A stretch of DNA of 64,000 bases, taken from Octopus sinensis. Its lineage: Eukaryota. Position 1 is the stretch's first letter; each line of letters begins with the position of its first letter. The stretch is taken from contig NC_043005.1 in the NCBI RefSeq assembly GCF_006345805.1, positions 7,192,001-7,256,000 of the forward strand, given 5' to 3'. Made by a program: the position numbers and the translations under genes. This document shows, in pieces, positions 51,668 through 64,000 of this stretch. Under the pieces are notes generated by a model that saw only the letters and a list, made by a program, of their open reading frames with translations, did no database searches and was not told the DNA's origin.

Positions 51668-54619
51668 ATGACTTGACTGGTACAATGGAACAATTTCTAG
51701 GGTCAGATAGTATCCTTTTTGTGTCATAAAAATTATGCATATCTAGATTGCTTGAGTTTTTACTATTCACTATGTATCTTTCACCTGTACCAGCTCCTGA
51801 GATGATGAATGCCTCTGAAACTTTCAGTTTGACAGCTAGAGAATGACAAAAATTCTTTCAACTCACAAGATTGTTGAGCTTACAGCAGCTGCGATGCATC
51901 TTATTTGGTGCTCTTGTGTGTCATAAGAGAGTGCACTTACAATCTGGTTGTTGTTAGTGTCATGTTATGATCTCTCCAACACTCAACACCTATCATTGGT
52001 CTTGTGAGTAGAATGTCATTGAGGTCTTCCCACTTAACTTTGATGTACTCATTGAGGTGATGGTCACTGGATGTAAGCGGTTTATGTTTGATCTACTGGA
52101 AAAAAATCATTGGTAATGGTGAAGTAATACTCTTCACAGAGAAAAAAAGTCTGATGCCGTTGTTGTTACTTTCTTACCACAATGGGCGTTGATCACTTTT
52201 TCTTAAGATTCTTTAAATTCCTCCCAACCCTTACATTAAAATTATTCATTATTATAATTTATCTTGTTTCGGTATTTTAGTCAATGTCTGATAAATGCAT
52301 TTGTTCTCTTGACTATCAGATGCCAAATTAGATGCATAGGAACTTAGTATTGTGACCTACATCTCTGCAAAAGCATTTCAAAGGAACATTAGATCCTCAC
52401 TCATACTAACCTTTGTCTCAGTCAATTTAGGCAGCAGACTCTTCCTCATAGTGCAGTCAATGTCCTGTCAGTTATATCTACCCTCAGGGTACCTCTTCTA
52501 GAAAAAAAAAGGCATAGCCTTCACCAACCTCCATGAGAGAACCCACTCACTAAGCACAGCAGTGTCTAAATGTAGGACCTCATAATGCTGGCTATAAGTG
52601 CTGATTGGTTCTGTTGCTGAACTATCTCTTCTGGACTTTGACTCCCAGATCCATATTGCAGATTTATTTGCAATAAATATTTATAGTGGTGTTTGGTTGC
52701 ACATTTCCCAATATCACTGTCGCTATTGTGAAGAAGATATCTCTGTTAGCAAGGAGGACTCAAGGTAACTACTATCTCCTTCCAGCCTTTGGAAGATGCT
52801 GGGAATACAATCTATTAGAAACTGTCTTAAAGCTAACTGCCATAGCTTGTTTTTATCTCATGGTGCACTTACTCATAGCTATTGTCTTTCTGGACTCACC
52901 CAGAAGACATCAAGGTGTATAAACCAAGCTAGACCAACATACTGTACCTGTGGGACCCACTGTTGCAAGATCTCTTGCCAAGTTAGCCTGGAGTTGCAAC
53001 CCCATGTATGGCTGCAGGTAAGACTCCCACACTAGGCTTCTTCACACTTCATCACATAGGTTAAGCAAAGGACAGTGACATGTCAGATGGTTGCAAGCAC
53101 TACTGCACTTGAGCCATCACACCACCCATATGTGCATACAATAACATAAATATATTGATCTAAAGTCCTTCCAATTATGTTTAATGCTACTCTTAAAATG
53201 AAAAACAACTGATTAATCTTTAAAGTTTCAGAGCTTGAGAAGTGATTATAGCCATGTATTACCTTATATTTGTTTTATTTCATATAATTTTGTAGGAAAA
53301 ATACAAGCACGACAGATCCCCAGATATTTGTACAATTTATTTTTTCCTTTAACATGCTTTTCCAGGATATATAGTTTCAACTAAAACAGAATACTATTTT
53401 TACTTGATAAATTACTGTTTCATGTTATATCTTAGTTTGTATATCCTAAATTACTTTGTGCAATATAAAGAAAATATTCCCATGTTTAACATGTTATTTA
53501 CAAGTGTTTCTAGGTGTGTAGTCAGGTATTTCAATTAAAAATGTATATGCTTTCAAAATAAATATTATCTGGTATTGATTAGATATTTGTTCTTTCTTTA
53601 TTTCATCTTGTTTAGTAACATTAACTTTGCATCTAAGTTAATCCAGTTTGCTTTGTGAAGTGTGCTGACGCAAGCTACAAATGTGTCATTCTCTGTATAA
53701 ATTTACTGTGGTTTACTTGACGTTTATTTTGTATCATTTAGAAAGACAATCCTTGCATGACCACATTTAATTGTAAAACCTTTTTATCTTCTTCATCTCT
53801 CTTTCTCTTTTCCCCATCCTCTCTCTCTCCCTCTCTCCTTCCATTGTTTTAGCTAGCTTGCAAGAATGTCTAATTAAAAATAAAAAGTTTAAAGAATAGA
53901 GAAAAAAATAACATTTATATTGAAATGTTTACCTTAACTAACTCCAGGCTTGTTATTGTTCTGTAGATGATTTTTGCAATATGTGTGTGCTTTTGTGTTG
54001 TTAGCATTGAACAATGAATTTCATGTTAGTACTGTTCCTTTCAGTTTTACAGTTCCATCATCATGGATTAAAGTGTTGTTTTTATTCAGAACACAGCTAA
54101 TTTTGACCCATACTGCTATCGGCAATTCATTAGATAATGTTTGATGTCACTAAGCTTTTTTTGCTTTCTCTAGAGCTTTTTTGCAATTTCTTTCAAACTT
54201 TTATTTATTTATTGTGTATTGATTTAGCATTCTGCAATCTAATAAATCGTAAGGCTTACGGGAGATTTTTCTTTGCTTGTTATCGGGTGTAAGAAATAAG
54301 TTGTTTCCTTGTTCTGATACAAAACATACTGTCTAATATCAATTTTAGTGTTATTGACACTTTAGTCATCTTACCACTATAGATTGACATACTCAGGTGA
54401 TGTTTACAAGTTGGTAAAATCAATATTTGGTGGTAATCAAAAAAGTTTAGGATTTTTAATTTTCTTCTGACATAAATCACTGGAAATTATTAAAATTAAC
54501 TCAAGATTATTCCTCTTAGATCAAGAAAAAAATAAATGAACATTCAGAGTTGTTTTGCACTAATTTCCAAGGAGAGCTAAGAAGATATAACTCAGGGTAA
54601 ATATTTTAAGATGAGATGT

Positions 54620-55020
54620 AAATATTTTAAGATAAGATTTTAAGGTCAAGGGCCTGAGATTAACCTGTACCACTTTGTCTCATGTCTTCATGAGTCCCTA
54701 TCTTTAGCAAGCACTATCCACATTAAGTGATTGGCACTTCTTTATACAACTATCCTCTTTATACACATCACATGTCCATACAAGTGTGCAGTAAATCTTG
54801 CACATAACATTCCTCTTATGTCCAATTTTCTCTCAGTACACTTGCACAATGTCATTTACACATACTTACATTGCATGTCCAAGAGAGCATACTCACTTCA
54901 TATCTTTCTAGTCTTCTCAAGTCATCTGCATTCAAGATCTATGTTTCACTACCATGCAACATTGCAGTTCTAACACAAGCATCATACGGCCTGCCCTTCA
55001 CCATGAGGAAATAGGCTTTT
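54620..55020 (-). mobile_element. RTE LINE RT C-terminal fragment
   Basis: Homologous to 1560-1800; atgctctcttggacatgcaatgt (MLSWTCNV) on minus strand. Confidence 0.6.
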
Positions 55021-55303
55021 GTGCTATCAACCATAGTAGCAAAAACTATTGAGGATCTATTCCCAGTATGCTCAAAATACATACTGCTCTAGTACATCAG
55101 TTACATATGATTTCGTTACACCTCTTGTATGTCCACAGATTACATTGGACACAGCTTATTAGGCTTATACTTATTCCTTTTCTGCATATCAATCAAGGCC
55201 ATTTTCCCTGATCATACCAAAGCCCTGGCATCTAAGTACAGCTAAAGCAGGATATAACTATCACAGACCTTCATTATGATGATGTATTCATGTTATATAC
55301 TAA

Positions 55304-55580
55304 ACTAGCACTATGACCCGGCAACGCCGGGTCTTAGTGCTAGTGCATGCATATACAGCTGCGTGCGTGTGCTCATACATGCGAATACTGTCCAAATCTC
55401 CGACCAATCACATACAGCTAGCTGACATTCAACTGGCATATCAAGTTTCGGGCATTTTGATTGGGTTTTGGATAGAAAATTCACAAAAAAGTCACTTCTA
55501 TTGATTTTTTAATGGTTTTGCAGGGTGACTGGGGAAAAGTAAAGATGTGCATGACCACTCTTGGACGGTTTTGAATGATT
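55304..55580 (-). mobile_element. Helitron-like 3' end fragment with 41-bp palindrome
   Basis: actagcactatgacccggc-aac-gccgggtcttagtgctagt; same gc-aac-gccggg hairpin core as the other Helitrons; ends where the hammerhead element starts. Confidence 0.6.
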
Positions 55581-55586
55581 ATTTGA

Positions 55587-55587
<1 letters not shown>

Positions 55588-55617
<30 letters not shown>

Positions 55618-55871
55618 TCATATGTGGGCATATGGCATAGTGGTTAAGAGCGTGGACTACTAACCCCAAGATTCCAAGTTTGATTTCAGGCAGTGACCTG
55701 AATAACAATAATAATAACAACATCGAAAAATACCTTAGGAATGAGAACCCAGGTTTGAAATTTCCCCAAGACACCTGATGAAGGCTGAAGGGTATATCAG
55801 CCGAAACGTTGTGTTGACAACAAACAAGATGAGGACAAATATCCGTCAATTGTAAATAATGTAAATAATGT
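55588..55871 (+). mobile_element. tRNA-headed, hammerhead-containing short retroelement (SINE/retrozyme-like)
   Basis: A box tggcatagtgg (55633-43), decayed B box gtttgattt (55678-86), tRNA-Ser(GCT)-like D/anticodon arm, (AAT)n linker, hammerhead, tgtaaataa x2 tail, and an inverted partial copy at 55588-55620. Confidence 0.75.
55770..55815 (+). ncRNA. Minimal type I hammerhead ribozyme motif
   Basis: Stem I gacac (55770-74)/gtgtt (55811-15); core CTGATGA (55775-81) plus one extra A; stem II ggctga/tcagcc with 8-nt loop; GAAA (55803-06); loopless palindromic stem III (AACGTT); predicted cleavage after GTT at 55810. Confidence 0.85.
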
Positions 55872-56286
55872 GCAACTTCAGCTTATCTTAGATTTCTATA
55901 AGGTTTTATATTCTTAATGTATAAAGCATTTTGTATAACATCTCCTCTTCATCTGCCCTATTTTAGAAATATTCTCAGATCTTAAATTAATTTTTCCATC
56001 TTTAACTGACTCTGCTCTGAATCCTTTCCTTCTGCCACATGTATAACTTGCTCAGCTAAATCCCACATGATGGTACATAATTATTCTTTAATATAAGACT
56101 TATATGCCTTTATAATTGATAATATATATGAATCTAGTAGAGTGGTACAATTCAAAATTTCCTGAACAAGTGGGATTTACTTAGCTTGTCTCCTCAGAAG
56201 CTTATTGGTGTAAACATTTAGAAATTACAAGCTATTTTGAAAATACTAGATTTACAACTTCCTAATCAATAGCTTCAATGGTATAG

Positions 56287-56517
56287 GGCGGCGAGCTGGC
56301 AGAATCGTCACCACGCTGGGCGAAATGCTTAGCAGTATTTCGTCTGCTGCTACGTTCTGAGTTCAAATTCCGCCGTGGTCGACTTTGCCTTTCATCCTTT
56401 TGGGGTCGATTAAATAAGTACCAGTTACGCACTGGGATCGATGTAATCAACTTAATACCTATGTCTGTCCTTGTTTGTCCCCTCTATGTTTAGCCCCTTG
56501 TGGGTTATAAAGAAATA
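56287..56517 (+). mobile_element. SINE family M, full length
   Basis: Near-identical to 7434-7665; TSD ggtatag at 56280-86 and 56518-24. Confidence 0.9.
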
Positions 56518-57150
56518 GGTATAGTCCTCTTAGTTAACGGGAGAACATATCCATATTAAAATTTTTGGTGAGAAACTTATAGTTGTAAGCTTCATTAGAG
56601 GATGCTATACAATGTGTGTTATGTTTTGGAAGCAATTAAGACAGGTAATTATGATTCAATAACTTCAAATGAGTCTTATGTTGCAGTGATTTCAGAAGAG
56701 GAATTTTTTCATAGGTTTTTGTTTTTTTGGGGTTTTTTCTCTTGAAGCAGCACCACATTAGTCTTCTACAGGTAATTCTGTTATTGAGGTGTGGATAAGG
56801 ATTTGAAGAGGTTAAGAATTTGGTTGATCAATTATTTTCACTGGCAGTTGTGTTGTTTAGCAGTTCTTTTTGTAGAACAATTTATTTTTTGTTTTTAGTT
56901 TCATATTACATTTATTCAAGGGAGCAAAATATATGCACTTAGTCATCCTTCAAGAACTAACCTGACTGATGAGTGAATAAATTGAGATAATTCTTGTATA
57001 ATTGTTTTGGAAACCCTTTTACATGTGAATACCATTTTAGCATCAAAAGTAAACAAAAATATATACAAAATATTACTTACATGAAACAGAGCAGTTCTGA
57101 ACCAATTATTTCTTTCCATCTTAGTTTATTATTGTACTAGTTTTGTTTAA

Positions 57151-57371
57151 CCCTTTAGTGTTTAAACCGGCCAAATCCGGCCCAATATATTCTACATGTT
57201 TTATATTCAAACTGGCAATATCTAGCCTCTCACTCCTAACCTACAATGCCATTCTGAAAATAAACAATCACATCATTGAAACCTCAAAGCTATAAGATAA
57301 TGCATGATTAATTCAAAACAATTTGAGTGAAAAAGTATTACATTTAACAGAGTATTCTGAACACTAAAGGG
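57151..57371. mobile_element. piggyBac-type MITE
   Basis: TTAA TSD; TIRs ccctttagtgtt / aacactaaaggg; homologous to 9773-9994. Confidence 0.88.
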
Positions 57372-57623
57372 TTAAATACTGTTACAACCTGTGTTCATTT
57401 TTTTTATCTTCAAAGATGGTAATCAACATTTAATATTTAATTCTACCTGTTATATTTTGCTAATATTAAAATCTTAGCAGGGTTGATATCTAATTTCTGA
57501 TGTTTTAAGTAAATTAGAAATATTTATTTTAGGTATATTGATTTGCACTAAATTGTTATTCAGGCCATACATGCATATACTATTCAACTGTACAAATTGT
57601 TAATTTCTTTTCATTAAGATAAA

Positions 57624-58018
57624 GAGTGGCTGTGTGGTAAGTAGCTTGCTTACTGACCACATGGTTCAGGGTTCAGTCCCACTACGTGGCACCTTGGGCA
57701 AGTGTCTTCTACTATAGCCTTGGGCCGACCAAAGCCTTGTGAGTGGATTTGGTTGATGGAAACTGAAAGAAGCCTGTCATATATATGTATGTGTATGTGT
57801 GTGTGTGTATCTTTGTGTGTCAGTGTTTGTCCTCCCAACATCGCTTGACTACTGATGCTGGTGTGTTCACGTCCCCGTAACTTAGCGGTTCGACAAAAGA
57901 GACCAATAGAATAAGTACTAGCCTTACAAAGAATAAGTCCTGGGGTCGATTTGCTCGACTAAAGGTGGTGCTCCAGCATGGCCACAGTCAAATGACTGAA
58001 ACAAGTAAAAGAGTAAAA
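57624..58018 (+). mobile_element. SINE family A
   Basis: Near full length; starts gagtggctgtgtggtaagtagc. Confidence 0.9.
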
Positions 58019-58211
58019 AAGTGTATGATAAGGTTATTTATAAAATAGCATTTATTATCATTTTTCAGATTTCATTTACCAAAGTTCTGTATAATGGAAC
58101 TTTTACTGAGCCCTCAACATTGAATCAGTTATGAAAATGCTAAATAACGTATTTCCACTTTATGTATTCTTTCGTTATGTTTTTGTTTATAAATAAACAG
58201 TATATAAATAA

Positions 58212-58611
58212 CTAGCAGTATCGCCCGGCGTTGCTCGGGTTTGTAAGGGAAATAACTACATAAGCATTTTTAGAGAGTTATAGCCAAAAAATAGCAAAAA
58301 AATGCATTAAAAATGGAAAAAAAATTATGGTAAATTTTTTTTTAAATCGTTGACTCATCGTAGATATTTTTAGAGAGTTACTTCCCTTATATAATAGCGA
58401 ACAAAAATGCATTAAAATGGAAAAAAATGATGGTAAATTTTTTTTTTAATCGTAGACTCATCGTAGACGCGCGCTAATACCCAGAAGGGCTCGATATGAA
58501 TCACGACTATAAGATACCCGGTTTTGGTTAAACTGCACCGCAAAATGTGGGAGTAGTTAGGAATCTAAATCGTAGGAGACAGACACACAACCTTACTTTT
58601 ATATATAAAGA
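58212..58611 (-). mobile_element. Non-autonomous Helitron (type 1)
   Basis: Reverse complement of 15411-15801 with TC...CTAG ends and A|T insertion site. Confidence 0.9.
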
Positions 58612-60581
58612 TAATTACATATGTTGCACATTTTCATTTAAACATTGAATATGCTAGCATATTTTTTACTGGTAAAATAAGTATACAAATAAATGTTTAG
58701 AAACCATGATGCTAGCAAAATGGACATAAAGATAAGTGTTAATTTCTTTAGAACTTTCAATAAGAATTTGTTCTTTGATAGACATGACATATGAGGATTT
58801 CAGCCAATGAGTCTTATATACAGCTTTCACAGTCAGGACAAAACTCACTTCCAGCAGAACTATTTTTCTAGATCATTAGCTTTCTTATGCTTTTAACTTT
58901 GCTTTTTGGCATCATACAAATGAGATTTCAGCAACAGTACCTGCTGCTTTAGGTACGTTTTTTTTTTTCCATTTTTTTTAAGGATATATCTTTCTGCTTT
59001 TTTATTTCTTCCTAATATTAGTTTGTTCAATCTAATGATCTGATCTTTGTGATAGATCACTTTTTAAACTGTTCAATACTAGTTGATTAGCGAGGATGAT
59101 TGAGTGTTATCCATGACGGAAACTGATTGATATTTACATATTAGCAATTTGAATTTTGTGTCAGTTGTATTAAAGCAATGAGTGAAGGATTGCTAATTGG
59201 ATAGATAACTTTCTTTGGAGACAGATTTACTACATTGAACATGGGATATCATCCCAATTTGAGCAATATGCAACATTGGTCACCAGCATGAAAGATGTGT
59301 GTTAAATGACGATGATGAAATCGTGCTTCAAGAGTATGATGAAGATACATTGTAAGGTGCACTTTTACAGAATAGAATGTTGTGAGTTGATCAAATTATG
59401 GAATGATAGAATACATTTCTGACGATCTGATTTAGATGTGTATTTTTAAAAAATAGAAGAATATAAGATAACAGGTTAAACACTTATAGTTGTGTATGAG
59501 GAAAAACTACATTGCTGTATTGTAGATCTCTCAAAGTGATATCAGCAGTTTTCTTTACAGAAGTGAATCTGAGTAAAAAAAGATTGTGCCCAAAATTCTG
59601 AAAAGTAGCTTGAAATAGATAGTAGTAATTAAAATGGTTAATGTTAAATTTCAATTCATTTTGGGATAATGGTTCAACAGAAAATATTCCAGAGACAGAT
59701 AGACTGGTCAGTGGGTTTTGGGAATTACAGATAGGTAAAACACTAATCTAGGTTGTTTGACACACAAAATAGAGCGCAGTAGGAAGGGATGTTGATACAG
59801 TTGGCTACATCTTCATTTTAAAAAGACAAAATTGAAATGTATATAATTCTGAAGACAAGAAAATTGGGAAAAAAAATACAAAAGATGTTATAACACTGAT
59901 TAAAATGAATATATATTAATTTAATTAATGGATCTCATTTATAATAATGCTATTCATGGTTAATTGTTTGAAACTAACTTAATTAAATACTATTGCATAT
60001 ACATATGCTCAGTCACACACTTGGGTGTATAGAGTATATATACAAACATCTGAAATGCATGCACAGATATATACACATACAGATGTTTAGTTTTGCTTCA
60101 CTCACATTGTAAAGATGACTAAGAAGCAAGGAGGAGATCAAAGCCTTGCTAATTGTAAGCTTTAAAGGTAAGCTGAAAGTATTAAGTAAGAAATAGATCT
60201 AAAACAAATCATTGTTCATACAGATGAGACAAAAATATCAAAATTTATGGAGTAATGCAGTATTGAAAGCCTATCCAAGTGATGGGGAAAAAAACATTAA
60301 AACTGTGATTGCTGTAATAAAGATGACAATAGTGAAAAAGACAGCCTCCTGTGTTAATATTATAGAATACGCACACAAACAAACAAGTCATGCAGTGTTG
60401 TAGAAGTCAGCTGCCTAGCGTGTGTGAACCATCAAACGTTCAGGGAAAAGAGAACATTTTGTTGAACTAATACAGAACCAGAAATGTCTATTGTATCATA
60501 TTTCTGTTGAAGACATTGTACATACGATCAGTAGCTGCCCAAAAATGTCATCAAGGTACTACCTCCTAGTATGACATGACA

Positions 60582-60977
60582 TCTTTATATATAAAAGTGA
60601 AGTTGTGTGCTGTCTGTCTCCTACGATTTAGATTCCTAACTACTCCCACATTTTGCGGTACAGTTTAACCAAAACTGGGTATCTTATAGTCGTGATTCAT
60701 ATCGAACCCTTCTGGGTATTAGCACGCATCTACGATGAGTTGATGATTAAAAAAAAAATTTACCATCATTTTCCATTTTTAATGCATTTTTTTTGCTATT
60801 ATATAAGAGAAGTAACTCTCTAAAAATTTATTATTAAATCTCAGAACGTAAAAAGCTACAGTAACACCCCCCTTTGTGGTTAGCCATATTGAGATGGCTA
60901 TTATACTTTACATCTCTAAAAATGCTTATATAGTTATTTCCCTTACAAACCCGAGCAACGCCGGCCGATACTGCTAG
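60582..60977 (+). mobile_element. Non-autonomous Helitron (type 1 variant)
   Basis: Same ends as 15411-15801; a different ~85-bp segment (60828-60912) replaces the internal duplicated unit. Confidence 0.88.
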
Positions 60978-63070
60978 TTGTCATTAAAATAATATACAAT
61001 CTCATTAAAAAAAAAAGACTGTCCTAGGATAAAATATATATAGATAGATAGATGGTCCTCCCTATTATTGAATGCATATATAAACATCAACTGATGGAAT
61101 ATCGATAGAACATTCCTATCAAAACTTCTTCCAGGTGCAAACTTAATAGGCCAGATAGCAATTTTGCGGGGATAGGCAGGAAAAATTGTGCCATCACAAA
61201 GGTCAGTTGCCTTGAAAGAAGATTACTATGGACAAATGTCTCAAAGCCTTCAGCTTCTATACCTAGATTATAACTTTACATTTATAGCAACAATAATTAG
61301 TGCTCTTGGTTTTGTGAGTAAATGACGAAGTGACATTTGGAAAAGTTAGGGTTTTCAGAAATAGAAATCAACCAGCTAACTTGCATATTACAAATACAAT
61401 TTGTAAGTAGAACAGTAATGATACGCAAGATTTTTTTCTAGTTGTAGTATTGTTTTTATCTACATTTCAATTCTGGAGTTTTGTACCTTTGTTAGAAACC
61501 AACTCCTTCCTTAAAGAATGACTCTAAATGATCAAAAATAGAAAAGATCATACATAAATAAATACATTGATTTAATAAAAGATCAAGAATTAAGCTTATA
61601 AATAAAGTGTTTGCAATAGGATGTCATGATAGTAAAAATACATTTAAAAAAAATGAAGATTTTACAATATTCTGGTCATATTTTTGATAACCTTCTAAGA
61701 AAAATATACTACTATTTATTGATTGTTTTTAATACATATTGCATTCATATTTCTTGATAAATTCATTAGTTTAAGAACAGTGTCAAATGTCAGCAGATAG
61801 TTAAATTATGAAATAAACAAATATGGTTTGCAAAAGATATATGATAAACTTTTGTTTCATTGTCAAATATTTTTTGTTAGAATTCACGTTTAAATTTATA
61901 TTATAAAAGTATAATTATGGTATCTATAATAACTTCTAAGTTAAACACTTTTCAATTATTTACAATTGTTTCATTCAATCTAATTTTTGAAATACTATTA
62001 AAATTATTGGATTTGTAATTTCTCTGATGTGTTTGCATCTCTGTGTGTGTATATATACATTCATTTTGAAACAGTTACAGAAATAATCAAATCAAATGTA
62101 AATATTGCCTTTTGATAACTCTTAATGTTTTCTTATTTGAAGTTGATGAAATTATCAATGAATTTATTGGGTAATTGCTCATTTAATTTATAATGTAAAT
62201 ATTTTGTGGAAAAACTTTTAAAGTGCTTTCCTGTTTTTAAACTGAATAACTTGTAATTATGTAGTTCATTATTCATCTCAGATACATTTGCTTTAATAAT
62301 ACAATAAACTTTTGTTTCCAATAGTGTGCACTTGCTTATCCTGTCTGAAGTTACATTATTGTGATAACAAAAGAGATGAAATAAGGATTAATATTTTGCT
62401 AAAGTAATTCTAAACTATCAGCAGAAGGTATAATCTGGGGGTTGTTGGTTTATTTTTTAAAAAATTTTAAGATGTTATCTTATCAGTTTATCATTGAATA
62501 CATGTCTATCATGAGAAATGTCTCTTGTAATAATTACATGCTCTTGTAAGTGCAACATGAACTTACCCATTTCTCAGAATTGGTTTTGTCAAAAATAAAT
62601 TCTGTTTAATGATGATGAAGGTGCCGGTGACAATTATCAATTTAATGTCCACTTATATTTTTTTTTTATTAAAATAAGGAAAAAAAATTGTCTATAAAAC
62701 ACAATGAAAAGCATTGATGAGTCAAAGTGGCTTTAAATTTCACTTATTCTTGAAATAATTTCTTTATAGATGAACTTTTTCTGTTGCCTTTCCACTGATA
62801 AAATAGCTATCAATTGTTGACTCTTCATTCTTTAATCTCTCCTAATTTTGGTGAGTTTTACCAAACTCTACACTAAGGGAAATCAAATGTAATGCATAGG
62901 TTTCTATTAATGGTGAGTATGGTTTTAAACAGAAAACATGCAATAATGAAGGATTCTATTGGCTTTGCTTAAAATATATGACGATCTCCTTTATATTTTG
63001 TATACTTTGTTCAGTTAATATTGTTTTATAACACAGCTTTCTACACATGGTTGTTTTATTTCTGTTTCAG

Positions 63071-63160
63071 GTGATATTATATGTGAATAAAGTCGGTCCA
63101 TATTTCAATCCTCATGAAACATACCACTATTACCAGCTACCGGTTTGCAGACCGGTAAAG
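63071..63160 (+). CDS. TM9SF1: Internal exon of transmembrane 9 superfamily member 1 (N-terminal luminal domain)
   Basis: Polypyrimidine tract + CAG acceptor (tttctgtttcag), 30 open codons [30 protein letters not shown], then AAG|gtagat donor. Closely matches the TM9SF1 motif [26 protein letters not shown] as I recall it. Not in the ORF track; the rest of the gene would lie beyond the window. Confidence 0.93.
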
Positions 63161-64000
63161 GTAGATATCATTGATTACTTTTATTTTAAGTATGTATCAT
63201 AACTGGCAGTGTTATCAGATTGTCAAAGTGCTTGATAGTATTTATTTTTTGGTTCAAATCCCACTGAAGTCGACTTAGTGTTTCATCTTCTGCAATCAAT
63301 AATACCAGTCATTATTGGTAGAGCCATTACGGTGTCAACAGGATGTGTTATGGTATTTGTGGTATTTGTTCTAGTGCTTTGCTTTCCAAGTTCAAACCCT
63401 GTCATGGCCTACGTGGGTGTTGAAGTTAATTCATAGCTTGGTTTAATGTCACACCTGATACTTAGGTACCTTTACCAGGATCCACCCAGTTGCATGCATT
63501 TGGGGCAGCCTTCCCATTTAAAGATACATTCTTTCCTCCCAGTAGTCTGAGACCCTGAAAATAGGTCATGACCTTTCCTCATGATTAAGCAATAAAAAAC
63601 GATATCAGATATTAAATTACTGAGATATATAATAAAATACAAAGGTTGGAAATAAACTAAGAATTGGAAAAATAGAAAAACAGAAAACGTATATCATGGT
63701 CTGGGAGAAAATGGTAAACATTTAAAGGTCATGGTAAGAAAGAAAAGGAAAGAAGAAAGGCACTGTTCTGATAGGAAGGTGACCATAGCTTCTTTGAATT
63801 TAGGTAGATGTTTAAAATGGATCTATTTAGTATAAAAAAAATATTAGTAATTGTTAAATTTTTATTATTTGGGTTCATTCAAGTATGTAAACATAGGTGT
63901 GAGGAGTTAGATTTGTAAGAAAGCGCCAGTCAAATATAGGTCAAATTTAGTGGTCTGCATTAAAAGTTAACTTCCAAGTATATTTTCGCTTGATTAAGAG

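Noticed and set aside
58786-58952. TM9SF1 signal-peptide exon
   Set aside because: Hydrophobic stretches exist but each frame has stops or the wrong phase for joining to the phase-0 exon at 63071; kept only as a possible non-coding exon.
59027-59130. Possible box C/D snoRNA (tcaa...CTGA-ttga)
   Set aside because: C box is poor (atgatct) and the putative rRNA guide has a mismatch and a bulge; expected by chance in AT-rich DNA.

Overview
AT-rich, repeat-dominated eukaryotic DNA, most likely a coleoid cephalopod (Octopus-like SINE families and very long (TA)n-derived microsatellites; species is inferred). The only host coding sequence I can support is one 90-nt exon of a TM9SF1-like gene (63071-63160, +). 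The rest is a mosaic of tRNA-derived SINEs, decayed CR1, RTE and Penelope-like retroelements, a Copia-type gag-protease relic, mariner/maT relics, non-autonomous Helitrons, TTAA-flanked piggyBac-type MITEs, several inverted repeats and one 100-N gap. Almost all long ORFs in the track are microsatellite or transposon artefacts. Most notable observations: (1) a short element at about 55588-55871 that joins a Pol III tRNA-like head to an intact minimal hammerhead ribozyme flanked by two degenerate hammerhead-like motifs; (2) a roughly 115-bp 28S rRNA fragment inside a CR1 endonuclease gene; (3) a SINE and the local CR1 LINE sharing a 3' end with a covarying stem-loop; (4) combinatorial head/tail swapping among SINEs; (5) several long dsRNA-forming structures. 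All alignments were done by eye and coordinates of decayed elements are approximate.
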